Positions 1 to 9,104 of a stretch of DNA of 25,983 bases are shown here, in pieces (position 1 is the first letter of the stretch; each line of letters begins with the position of its first letter). Under the pieces are notes generated by a model. That model had not been told where the DNA came from. It saw nothing but the letters and a program-made list of their open reading frames with translations, and searched no databases. Made by a program: the position numbers and the translations under genes. Origin of the DNA: a virus (Duplodnaviria > Caudoviricetes); the IMG/VR virus record IMGVR_UViG_3300037044_000261, positions 1 to 25,983 of that record; one strand, 5' to 3'.

Positions 1-1992
1 TCACGCAATATTGGCTGATCGCTCCATCGCATGACCGTCGCAGGCGCCTTGCGGCCCCATCACATCTCGCATGGCCCGCGCGACGCGCCTGAAGACCTCG
101 GGCCAGTCGCCGCGCTTTTTCTGGCGAAAAAGACGCATCGTCGGATACCAGGGCGAATCATCGCGCTCGAGAAGCCAGCGCCAGTCTGGAACCTCCTTCA
201 AAAGAACCCAGACCGGCCGGCCAAGAGCTCCGGCGAGATGGGCGATGGACGTGTCGCAGGTGATGATTAGGTCGAGGTTTTGCATTGCCGCAGCTGCGTC
301 GATCAAGCGGTCCGGCCCGGCGTCGAAATCGGCGCCGAGACATTCTAACCACAGGGAGGGCCCAACTGCGGCGGCGGACTCCTCACTGATCAAATCATCA
401 TCCATTTTTTGCAAGCTGATGAGCCGTACGCCGGCGATGTCGGAGAGGGAAGCGAAACAGGAGAGCGGGATCGATCGCGCGGAGTCCGCTTTGATGTTTG
501 AAGACCCGCGCCAACATATGCCGATTTTGAAGCCTTGCGGTCCAATATGCGCCGCCCATTTTTGCGCCAGTGTGTCCTCTGCGCGTAGATATGACGCCCG
601 CGCCGGGATTGTTGCAAGCCGCGTTTCGAACGCTCGCGGCAGGCTACAGAGGGCGATCTGGTAGTCGAATTCCTTGGGATTAAAATCCTTGATGAGCGAA
701 ATCGGATTCGTCAGCCCACGGAATAATCGATGCAATCCTACGCGACAAAAAAAACCGACTCTCGCCCCTTGTTGGGCCAGGACGAAAAGATAGCGCGCAA
801 ATTGAATCGCGTCGCCAAGGCCTTGTTCATCGAAAACGATAATGCTTCGTCCGGCCAGCGCTTCTCCGCGCCATTCCGGGATGGGAAGCTTGATCGCATG
901 CTTTGGCGTCTGACCAAAAATCCATCGATGCTCATAGAGCTCCCAGCCGAAAGAGAATTCGCCGCATAGGAGAAGCAGCGCGGCCTTGTTGTTTTGTACA
1001 TGAGAGGAGGTTGGATCTCCGTTCAAAGCCAAATCGAAGCTGGCCAGAGCTTCATCGAAGCGCCCTTGTTCTTTCAGCGCCACCGCTCGGCCGCACAGCG
1101 CATCGAGGTAACCGGGCCGAAGCTCCAGGGCTCTCTCATAAGAGGCGAGCCCCGCCTCGAGCAGCTCCAGCTTGAGAAGGAGATTTCCTTGATTCGACCA
1201 AGCCTGAGGGAACAAAGGCTTTAGTCGCAGGGCCGCGTCAAAGTCCGTCCTAGCTTCCTCTAAACGCCCAGCCGCATGCAGGGCGGCGCCCCGATTGTTT
1301 AGCAGATCGGCATGATTTGGTTCGTAACCCAGCGCGGCGTCATAGGAAGCGACCGCTTCCTCGACTCGGTCAAGGCTCTGCAGCAAATTGCCCCGTTCGA
1401 TTAAGGCCTCGACAAAAGCTGGCCGCAATCGCAGAGCTTCGTCGAAGAATTCGAGCGCCGCCTGCGAGCGCCCAAGATCGCACAGAATTGATCCGCCCGC
1501 GCGCAAAGCCTCCGGATAGGCGGGGTCGAGCGTCAAGGCCATGTCGTAAGATGCAATGGCTTCGTCGAGCCTTCCAGCCTCGCGCAGCAGATTGCCGCGA
1601 TTGTAGAAAAGCGTCGGATCGGTGAAGCCAAGGCGCAAGGCGCCTTCATAAGCGAGGAGCGCCTCCGCAGCTCGTCCCAGTTCTTGCAAGGCGACGCCTC
1701 GATTTGACCAGGTCTCCGGATAAGCGACTTCAAGTCGCAGCGCTTGATCAAACCAAGCGAGGGCCCTCAGATTTTCCCTCGCGCTGAGATAGATCAATCC
1801 GATGAGATTTGACCGAATATGGCTCGTTTCACGTGCGGCGTCCAACCGGTGGAGGCAGGCGAGTGCGTCATCCGCGGCGCCGATGTTAAGCAAACCGATG
1901 GCGCGATGAACGGCTGTGTCTACGTTTGGATTCAATGAGAGCGGCCTTCTTTCTCCAACCAAGTCCAATGCAATGCTATCTGAGTGCGACAA
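1..1992 (-). CDS. TPR-repeat protein with C-terminal GT-B (GT9-like) glycosyltransferase domain, FlmG-like architecture
   Basis: 663 aa ORF. Tandem TPRs (e.g. WSNRGVALQELGRAAEALLAYEGAL) are followed by EQGLGDAIQFARY and DLIITCDTSIAHLAGALGRPVWVLL...DWRW...SPWYPTMRLFRQ, typical of TPR-glycosyltransferases. The TTG start is uncertain. Confidence 0.85.
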   Translation of the reverse strand: MSHSDSIALDLVGERRPLSLNPNVDTAVHRAIGLLNIGAADDALACLHRLDAARETSHIRSNLIGLIYLSARENLRALAWFDQALRLEVAYPETWSNRGVALQELGRAAEALLAYEGALRLGFTDPTLFYNRGNLLREAGRLDEAIASYDMALTLDPAYPEALRAGGSILCDLGRSQAALEFFDEALRLRPAFVEALIERGNLLQSLDRVEEAVASYDAALGYEPNHADLLNNRGAALHAAGRLEEARTDFDAALRLKPLFPQAWSNQGNLLLKLELLEAGLASYERALELRPGYLDALCGRAVALKEQGRFDEALASFDLALNGDPTSSHVQNNKAALLLLCGEFSFGWELYEHRWIFGQTPKHAIKLPIPEWRGEALAGRSIIVFDEQGLGDAIQFARYLFVLAQQGARVGFFCRVGLHRLFRGLTNPISLIKDFNPKEFDYQIALCSLPRAFETRLATIPARASYLRAEDTLAQKWAAHIGPQGFKIGICWRGSSNIKADSARSIPLSCFASLSDIAGVRLISLQKMDDDLISEESAAAVGPSLWLECLGADFDAGPDRLIDAAAAMQNLDLIITCDTSIAHLAGALGRPVWVLLKEVPDWRWLLERDDSPWYPTMRLFRQKKRGDWPEVFRRVARAMRDVMGPQGACDGHAMERSANIA

Positions 1993-2152
1993 ACTTGTCC
2001 GAACCTGTCGTCCGAACCTCTGCGACCGGTCCCGCCGCTTGCATTTTCATGCAAGCAGCCGCGAACTTAATGTAGGCGCTGCGGCACAGGAATGGACGAT
2101 TGCCAACAGGTCCGCCGGAGATTGCGTAAGGACGCGCGAATTGCGGCCGCGT

Positions 2153-2214
2153 CGACGCATTGACTTGCGACGGATTGTAAGCGCTATATGCGCGCATGCC
2201 GCGGCCGAATTGTG
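2153..2214 (+). repeat. Direct repeat copy 1 (62 bp) containing TTGACT-N19-TATATG
   Basis: Matches 2404-2465 at 54/62 positions by manual alignment; all 8 differences are transitions. Confidence 0.9.
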
Positions 2215-2403
2215 CGCCCGCGGATCACCAATCTCTACATCTTGAATCGCCGTTATTCGTAGCGCGGCGATCTGCATCACAAACCGAGCCCATCCGAAAT
2301 TCATTTCAAAGCAACAAGTCATGAGCAGGCCGTCTGATGGTCTAGGCGCGGTCGCTATCGTATTGCTCTTGATCGTGTACGAATGCGCAACTAAGCCTGA
2401 TCC

Positions 2404-2465
2404 CGATGCGTTGACCTGCAACGGATTGTGAGCGCTATATACGCGCATGCCGCGGCCGAACTGCG
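2404..2465 (+). repeat. Direct repeat copy 2 (62 bp) containing TTGACC-N19-TATATA
   Basis: Second copy, offset 251 bp from copy 1. Confidence 0.9.
2411..2441 (+). promoter_or_regulatory. Candidate sigma70-type promoter for the terminase operon (twin copy at 2160-2190)
   Basis: TTGAC and CTATAT boxes resemble the alphaproteobacterial RpoD consensus, but the hexamer spacing is 19 bp rather than 17. Confidence 0.4.
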
Positions 2466-2663
2466 TCGTTTCTTCCGCTTACTTTTGCCCATCACATTGT
2501 AGGCAATGGCGACCGCGCATTTGTCTCGCATAAGCAGTCCCTCGGCCTTCGGGGCGGAGGACTCGAATACATTGGCTCCCGTGCAATTGACTGTCGAAAA
2601 CGGTCTCCGTTCGAGTCATGCGCCTTCGTTCGCCGTCGTTACATCCATTAGACAGGACCGTGC

Positions 2664-3971
2664 ATGGTGTCTTTCAGCGCAGGTCAGGATGCGGCCCGCC
2701 GCCTCTTGGAAGGCTTACAGCGTTACACCTGTCTTGCCGGAGGCACGCGCTCGGGAAAGACTTTCCTCATCGTTCGGGCTATGATTATGCGCGCTCTTCA
2801 ATCCGAGGGCTCGCGCCACGCGATTTTACGTTTCCACGCGAATGCGGCGAGGGCCTCCATCGCGCTTGATACGCTGCCGCAAGTGATGAATCGTTGTTTT
2901 CCGGACACGCCTTTGAAGGAGCGTCGTCAGGATGGATTCTTTGAACTGTCAAATGGTTCGCGTATTTGGATCGGCGGTCTCGACGACAAAGATAGAGTCG
3001 AGAAAATCCTCGGGCTCGAATATTCGACCGTCTTTCTGAACGAGGCCTCGCAGATTCCCTATTCCTCCGCGCTGATCGCCTTTACCCGCTTGGCGCAAGT
3101 TGCGCCGAAGCTTCGTCAGCGCGCCTTCGTCGATCTTAACCCGATCGGCAAAACGCATTGGACAAATCTACTTTTTGGCGACAAGCGCGATCCTATTTCG
3201 CTTCAGCCGCTGAAGGATCCGCAGAGCTATCAACGGGCCTTTCTAAATCCGCCGGACAATGCCGCCAATCTTTCGCCGGAATTCCTTGGAAGCCTTGCTA
3301 ATCTACCCGAAAGGCAACGGAAGCGCTTCTACGAAGGCCTCTACGTCGATGAGGTCGACGGCGCGCTTTGGACCTATCAATTGATCGAGGCCAACCGTTG
3401 CGCGCTCGAAGATATTCCAGAACAAAAACGCGCCGCTGTCGTCGTCGCCGTTGATCCCTCGGGCGCAGCCGGCCGTGATGATCTTAGCGCCGACGAAATC
3501 GGAATAGTCGTCGCCGCTAAGGGTTTTGACGGAGACGCCTATATTCTTGCTGATCGCTCCTGTCGCGAGGCGCCTGCGGTTTGGGGCCGTCGCGCCGTAG
3601 TAGCCTTTCACGAATATCGCGCGGATTGCATTGTCGCCGAGAGCAATTTCGGCGGCGAGATGGTTCGCGCGACGATCAAGGTCGCCGATCAAAACGTCCC
3701 AGTTCGCCTGGTTACGGCCAGTCGCGGCAAGGCGGTGCGGGCCGAGCCCATTTCGGTGCGTTACGCGCAAGGCCAGGTGCACCACGCTGGTCGCTTTGGC
3801 AAGCTCGAGGATCAACTCTGCGGCTTTTCCGGCGCAGGATACGGCGGGAGCGGCAGCCCCGATCACGCCGACGCCGCTATCTGGGCTTTGACCCATTTGT
3901 TCGGCGATGGCGACAGCGCGGGCATCATTGAATTTTATCGACGCGAGGCCGAAGGGCGCGGCGGCGCGTGA
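2664..3971 (+). CDS. terL: Terminase large subunit
   Basis: Walker A AGGTRSGKT, Walker B-like VFLNEA, coupling motif LNP, nuclease motifs VAVDPS and DHADAAIWAL; directly upstream of the portal. Confidence 0.93.
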   Translation: MVSFSAGQDAARRLLEGLQRYTCLAGGTRSGKTFLIVRAMIMRALQSEGSRHAILRFHANAARASIALDTLPQVMNRCFPDTPLKERRQDGFFELSNGSRIWIGGLDDKDRVEKILGLEYSTVFLNEASQIPYSSALIAFTRLAQVAPKLRQRAFVDLNPIGKTHWTNLLFGDKRDPISLQPLKDPQSYQRAFLNPPDNAANLSPEFLGSLANLPERQRKRFYEGLYVDEVDGALWTYQLIEANRCALEDIPEQKRAAVVVAVDPSGAAGRDDLSADEIGIVVAAKGFDGDAYILADRSCREAPAVWGRRAVVAFHEYRADCIVAESNFGGEMVRATIKVADQNVPVRLVTASRGKAVRAEPISVRYAQGQVHHAGRFGKLEDQLCGFSGAGYGGSGSPDHADAAIWALTHLFGDGDSAGIIEFYRREAEGRGGA

Positions 3972-4025
3972 CGCGGGCGTCGATCGCGGCGTCCTCACCA
4001 ATCCAATTTTGACGAAGGACATAAA

Positions 4026-5408
4026 ATGGCCGATCGCAGCGCGGGGCAAAGATGCTGGTCGCTCAGTCCCTACGAGGTTAACGTTAGCTTCGAGCGCGCC
4101 GCTAAGACGAAAGACGCCGGCGATTGGTTCGGTCCCTCAACGCCTATTGCGTCGCTCGCGTCGCCGGAGGTCGCGGGACGGCAGTGGGACTATCCGGCGG
4201 GCTTCAATCTTTTGACCTCAGCGCGAAGTTCTGAGCCGATCACCTTTGCGACCTTGCGTGGATTGGCGGACGGCTACGACCTCTTGCGTCTCGTTATCGA
4301 GACGCGGAAAGATCAAGCCATGCGTCAATCCTGGAGCATCGCTGCGCGCGACCGGATGGCGAACGCCGCAAAAAGCGCCGATCGGATAGCCGCGGCGAAG
4401 CACTTCTTTGCGCGGCCGGACGGAAACCATGTTTTCGCAGACTGGCTGCGGCTGTTGCTCGAAGAGGTTTTTGTAACCGACGCCGCGGCGCTTTACATGA
4501 GCCGCGATAGAGGCGGTCGCCTCAAAGCGCTCTTGCCTATCGATGGAGCGACGATCAAGCCGGTGATCGACGCCTGGGGCCGCACGCCGCAGCCCTACAT
4601 GGAAAATGATAAACTGGTCTATCCCATCGCTTATCAGCAGGTGCTGAAAGGCTATCCGGCGATCGACTATTCGGTGCGCGATCTGATCTATCGGCCGCGC
4701 AATCTTCGAGTCAATCGGATCTATGGCTACAGCCCGGTTGAGCAGATCGTGACGACGGTCAATATCGCCTTGCGCCGACAGATGTTTCTTCTGGACTATT
4801 TCACCGAGGGCAATATTCCCGACAGCCTAATCGGCGTGCCGGAAAACTGGACGCCGGATCAGATAGCCTCCTATCAGAAATATTGGGACGTCTATTTCGA
4901 TGGCGACGTCGGGCGCCGCAGGCGGGCGAAGTTCGTTCCGGGGGGAGTCGCAAAGACCTTTATTCAGACAAAGGAGCCGGAACTCAAGAGTCCCTTCGAC
5001 GAATGGTTGGCCCGAATCGTGTGCTTTGCCTTTTCGATTTCACCGCAGTCGCTGATGCAGACGATGAATCGCGCCACCGCCGAGACCCAAAAGGACATCG
5101 CGGAAGAAGAAGGCCTGTCGCCGATCTTGGCTTGGGCGAAGGGCTTGATCGATGAGATTCTGGCGAGAGAATTCGATTCGGCCGATTTGGAGTTCATTTG
5201 GACGCCAGGGCACGAGACCGATCCTCTGACGCAGGAGACGATCCTCTCCAACTATGCGTCGAAAGGCATATTGACGATCAACGAGGCCCGCGCGGCGCTT
5301 GGCCGCGCCCCCTTGTCGGAAGAAGCGGCGAATAGGCCCATGGCTCTGACGGCGGGCGGATATGTGGCCTTGCCGGCTGGCGGCGGTGCGAATCCTAACG
5401 ATTGGTGA
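4026..5408 (+). CDS. Phage portal protein
   Basis: 460 aa. YGYSPVEQI, PIDGATIKP and C-terminal GILTINEARAALG portal motifs; RBS AAGGA upstream; position after terL. Confidence 0.9.
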   Translation: MADRSAGQRCWSLSPYEVNVSFERAAKTKDAGDWFGPSTPIASLASPEVAGRQWDYPAGFNLLTSARSSEPITFATLRGLADGYDLLRLVIETRKDQAMRQSWSIAARDRMANAAKSADRIAAAKHFFARPDGNHVFADWLRLLLEEVFVTDAAALYMSRDRGGRLKALLPIDGATIKPVIDAWGRTPQPYMENDKLVYPIAYQQVLKGYPAIDYSVRDLIYRPRNLRVNRIYGYSPVEQIVTTVNIALRRQMFLLDYFTEGNIPDSLIGVPENWTPDQIASYQKYWDVYFDGDVGRRRRAKFVPGGVAKTFIQTKEPELKSPFDEWLARIVCFAFSISPQSLMQTMNRATAETQKDIAEEEGLSPILAWAKGLIDEILAREFDSADLEFIWTPGHETDPLTQETILSNYASKGILTINEARAALGRAPLSEEAANRPMALTAGGYVALPAGGGANPNDW

Positions 5409-5634
5409 ACTGGCCTGCCGAGTGATGGCTGCGCTGCTTTTGCGGCGCCTACAATTGTAGTTTGATTTGTTCTTTTTGCTGCTTTTCAACACGGTCGAAC
5501 GTTGGTCACGAGAGCTCTGCTCGATGATTTGCGGGTCATGCCGTAGCCGTACGACCGCGCCGGTCCAAAGGACCTGAAGACAAGTTCATCGTCAGTCTCT
5601 TTTCCGATCTTTTCTTGAATAGCAAGGAGCCTTC

Positions 5635-6717
5635 ATGTCCGCGCTGCGTATGTTCATTCCGATCACCAAGGTCGATGCGGCGCACCGCCTCGTCTATGGC
5701 CTCGCAACAGCAGAGACAGAAGACCGCGCGGGCGAAATTTGCGATTATGCCTCGACCAAGCCGCGCTACGAGAAGTGGTCGAAAGAAATGGCGCGATCGA
5801 CCCGCGGAAAGTCTCTCGGCAATCTGCGCGCAATGCATGGGCCGATCGCCGCCGGGAAGGTGACGGCAATCGATTTTAACGACGGGGCGAAGCAGATCGA
5901 GATCTGCGCCAAAGTCGTCGACGATGCGGAATGGCGGAAAGTCGCCGAAGGCGTCTACACCGGCTTTTCGCAGGGGGGGTCCTATGCGAGACGATGGACG
6001 GACGCCGATGGGCGAATTCGCTACACGGCCGAGCCTAACGAGATATCGCTGGTCGACTTGCCGTGCCTCCCGCAAGCTCGGTTTGAAATGATCAAGGCTG
6101 ATGGAACGAGTGAGTTGCGATGCTTCGATGCCGGGCGCGAAAAGGCCGCAAGAGTTTCGAGACTTATAGCGGACGCATCGCAGGAGGCGTCGACGCTCGT
6201 GGAGGAAGTCACGGAAGAGAACGAGGACCTGCCGAGCAAATTGCGCGCTCTGATCGCTCGGGCCTCGGCGATTCTTCAGGCCCTTGTTTCATCGGAGTGC
6301 GCCGAGGATGCCGATCGGCCGCCGATGACGGAAATAGACGCAACGAAAAAGGCTTCCCGCGCCGGCCCACGGATCGCCAAAGTGACCCCCAGCAAAGGCG
6401 AGCCAGACCGAGGGCGAATTCAGCAATTGCATGACGCCATGGTGGAGCTTGGGGCTGCGTGCGGCGTCCAGAAAATTGGCGTTTTCGGGTTGGAAAAGCG
6501 CTTCGATGATCTGAGCGCGACGCTCGCCGATGTGTTGCAACGGGTAAAGCGGATCGAGGAGCAGCCGCTTCCTTTGCCGTTGGCGGGACAAACGCGCGCG
6601 GTGGGAAAATTTGAGGACGCGGGGGAGGCTGCCGAGCAGCTTCTGTTGGATCCGGAAACGCTTTCGGTTCTGGCCATTAAATTGGCCCAGCGCAAAGGAC
6701 GCGCGCCGACGCGTTAG
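5635..6717 (+). CDS. Prohead protease with C-terminal scaffold-like region
   Basis: N-terminal RLVYGLAT..DRAGE..LRAMH..GVYTGFSQGG..EISLVDLP protease pattern, then a charged helical region; RBS AAGGAG at 5624. Confidence 0.8.
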   Translation: MSALRMFIPITKVDAAHRLVYGLATAETEDRAGEICDYASTKPRYEKWSKEMARSTRGKSLGNLRAMHGPIAAGKVTAIDFNDGAKQIEICAKVVDDAEWRKVAEGVYTGFSQGGSYARRWTDADGRIRYTAEPNEISLVDLPCLPQARFEMIKADGTSELRCFDAGREKAARVSRLIADASQEASTLVEEVTEENEDLPSKLRALIARASAILQALVSSECAEDADRPPMTEIDATKKASRAGPRIAKVTPSKGEPDRGRIQQLHDAMVELGAACGVQKIGVFGLEKRFDDLSATLADVLQRVKRIEEQPLPLPLAGQTRAVGKFEDAGEAAEQLLLDPETLSVLAIKLAQRKGRAPTR

Positions 6718-6901
6718 AGCCGTCTTCGGTTGGGCGCGCGGTCAGGGAACACCGATAAGTCGCCATGATCGTGATTGCGCGCGTCCGAACCATCGGCCAC
6801 AAGCCCGCAGCTCGTCGAAGCGAACAAAAAATGGCGGCTTCCGTCACCGTGGGCGGGCGCCCGACCACTATAATCCGATCCCTGCTGCTAGGAGTACGCA
6901 A

Positions 6902-8419
6902 ATGAATATGCAGACCGGCGTTCAGGACGTTCTGGACCGGCTTAAGACCGCGCAGCAGAGACCGCTTGGCGATCCTCGCTTCAAGAGCCTCATTGGGCTT
7001 GAGAAAAGCACGTTTTCGCAAAGCGCAAATTCGGCATCCGGACTTACGTTCTACGATCTCGAACTCGGCGCGAAATTCCTTTATCCGGTTCTGACGCCTT
7101 TGCGCAATATGATCCCGCGCGTTTCAGGAAAAGGAGGCATTCAGGCGGCATGGCGGGCGATCACAGCGATCAATACCACGGGCCTTCGGTTTGGGGTATC
7201 CTCCGCGAACCGGGGCGGCGTTCTCGCGGTCGCAACGCAGGATTATACAGCAACCTACAAAGGTATCGGCGTCGAAACCAACGTCGACTTCGAAGCGCAA
7301 TATGCCGGCCAGGAATTCGATGACGTTCGCGCGATCGGCGCCAAGACCGGCCTTGAAGCGCTGATGCTCGGCGAGGAAGCGATGATCCTCGGGGGCTGCG
7401 GCTCTGTTCCGCTCGGCGCTACGCCGACGCCTTCGCTGGCGGCCTCGACGATAGGAGGCGCCCTTGCCGCCCAGACGTGGTCGGTTATTTGCGCGGCGAT
7501 GACTCTCGACGGCCTCATGAATGGCACAATTGCTGGCGGGGTCCAGGGACAGATCAGCCGCACCAATGCGGACGGATCCTCCGATACGTTTGGCGGCGGC
7601 GTAGCGAAAAAAAGCGCCAACGCGACGGTTGCGACAACCGGCGCCGCTGGATCAATCACGGCGACTGTCACGGCGGTTCCCGGCGCGCTCGGTTACGCCT
7701 GGTTCTGGGGGGCGGCCGGCGCCGAAACGCTTGGCGCGATCACGACCATCAACTCCGTTGTCGTCAAAGCGGCCGCGGCTGGCGTGCAAACTGCGGCCGC
7801 GCTCGGCGTCAATGACAATTCCGGCAATGCGCTCGCCTTTGATGGTCTGATCTATCAAGCTGTCAAGGCAGGGTCCGGCGCCTATGCCTATACGATGCCC
7901 TCAGGGGATGCCGGAATAGGCACTCCGCTGACATCGGATGGCGCAGGCGGAATCCTCGAAATCGACGGCGCTTTGAAATATATGTGGGACAATTATCGAT
8001 TGTCGCCGGATACTATGTGGGTAAGCTCTCAGGAAGCGCTGAATATTTCCAAAAAGATTTTGTCTGGATCGCAGGCGGCGGCGCAGCGCTTTGTTTTCGA
8101 GACGGCTCAGGATCTCGTCGGCGGCGGGATCATGGTGCGCACCTACTTGAACCGATTCTCAATGCAAGGCGGCAGCGTGATCGACATCAAGGTGCATCCG
8201 AACATGCCGGCGGGCACCATCCTCATGACGACAAGAGCGTTGCCTTATCCGCTTGCGGGAGTCGGAAACGTCATGCAGATCCGGACGCGGCAGGATTACT
8301 ATCAAATTGAATGGCCGCTTCGCACTCGAAAATATGAATACGGCGTTTATGCCGACGAAGTGCTGCAGAATTTTTTCCCGCCGTCGATGGCGTTGATTAT
8401 GAATATCGGCAACGGCTGA
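6902..8419 (+). CDS. Major capsid protein (505 aa) with internal Ala/Gly/Thr-rich insertion
   Basis: ATG at 6902 follows GGAG (6891) and is in frame with the 6611 ORF. FYDLE..LYPVLTPLRNMIPRV, FDGL, IKVHPNMP and YGVYADEVL motifs; position between protease and adaptor. Confidence 0.82.
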   Translation: MNMQTGVQDVLDRLKTAQQRPLGDPRFKSLIGLEKSTFSQSANSASGLTFYDLELGAKFLYPVLTPLRNMIPRVSGKGGIQAAWRAITAINTTGLRFGVSSANRGGVLAVATQDYTATYKGIGVETNVDFEAQYAGQEFDDVRAIGAKTGLEALMLGEEAMILGGCGSVPLGATPTPSLAASTIGGALAAQTWSVICAAMTLDGLMNGTIAGGVQGQISRTNADGSSDTFGGGVAKKSANATVATTGAAGSITATVTAVPGALGYAWFWGAAGAETLGAITTINSVVVKAAAAGVQTAAALGVNDNSGNALAFDGLIYQAVKAGSGAYAYTMPSGDAGIGTPLTSDGAGGILEIDGALKYMWDNYRLSPDTMWVSSQEALNISKKILSGSQAAAQRFVFETAQDLVGGGIMVRTYLNRFSMQGGSVIDIKVHPNMPAGTILMTTRALPYPLAGVGNVMQIRTRQDYYQIEWPLRTRKYEYGVYADEVLQNFFPPSMALIMNIGNG

Positions 8420-8542
8420 CCAATTTTGTGAAGGGGGAATTCTCGAGGCGGCCATGGGCGCGCGCATGACGCGCCTTGTCCTAAAGCAATTGTTACAGAT
8501 GTTTCGCGCTCTGGATGGGCGCCGAACGAGGGTGATCAGCAC

Positions 8543-9001
8543 ATGAAACTGCGCGCTCCTGAAGGGTGCGGTGGCCTATCGCACCAGGGCCAAATCTTGG
8601 AACTCGCCGGCGACGGTTCGCTGGAGGTAGACGAGGAGGCAGGGGCGGTCCTCGCCGCCCATGGCTTTAAGCCTTGGGGGAGCAAAAATGACCCTGGCGC
8701 CGCAACAACGATAAGCGGCGCGCCTAGCGCGCCGCCGCAGATCGTTACATTGAAGTCGCTGCTGGCAATCATCGCGGAAAATGCAGGCGCCGACGCTGCG
8801 GTCGCCGGGTCGCCTCCTTCCGTGCAGGGAGGCCAGCTGATTTCGGCTGCTAGCGAACCGATGGATGGCGAGGTCGAAGCCATATCTACGCTCAATCGAC
8901 AAGGGCTTTTTGCCTTTCTGAGATCAAGAGGCGCGTCCGTCTCTTTGCCGGTAACCAACGAGGAATTGCGCGCGGCGGCCCGACGCGCGATTGCTCCTTG
9001 A
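8543..9001 (+). CDS. Small capsid-associated protein with possible C-terminal helix-extension-helix (SAP/HeH-like) motif
   Basis: 152 aa between capsid and adaptor; C-terminus ISTLNRQGLFAFLRSRG..VTNEELRAAA; RBS GAGG upstream. Confidence 0.55.
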   Translation: MKLRAPEGCGGLSHQGQILELAGDGSLEVDEEAGAVLAAHGFKPWGSKNDPGAATTISGAPSAPPQIVTLKSLLAIIAENAGADAAVAGSPPSVQGGQLISAASEPMDGEVEAISTLNRQGLFAFLRSRGASVSLPVTNEELRAAARRAIAP

Positions 9002-9104
9002 ACTTACGCCGGGTGGCCGCGGCCCGTTTCCGCGGCGGCTATTTGCCCTGCGAACGCGGCGGCGACGGTAAATATTCCTCGCATGACGACAAGGAAGCGA
9101 CGCC

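Noticed and set aside
1976-2448. Two similar minus-strand ORFs (MRAYSAYNP.../MRVYSAHNP...)
   Set aside because: The DNA repeat explains the similarity; many differences are non-synonymous and there is no recognisable domain.
2153-2465. CRISPR array
   Set aside because: Only two imperfect 62 bp copies, 251 bp apart, and no cas genes.
2067-2617. CtrA box or CcrM (GANTC) control upstream of terL
   Set aside because: Only a lone TTAA with no TTAA-N7-TTAA, and three GANTC sites (2244, 2560, 2613) in about 670 bp is not clearly above chance.
5431-5477. Possible terminator after the portal gene
   Set aside because: The GCGCTGC/GCGGCGC stem is separated from the T-rich tract by 12 nt, so it is not a canonical intrinsic terminator.
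6611-6901. 97-codon upstream extension of the capsid ORF, suggesting a protease-capsid frameshift fusion at G GGA AAA (6603-6609)
   Set aside because: A -1 slip there meets TGA within three codons, while the capsid frame is +1. The extension looks non-coding and ATG 6902 has a good RBS.
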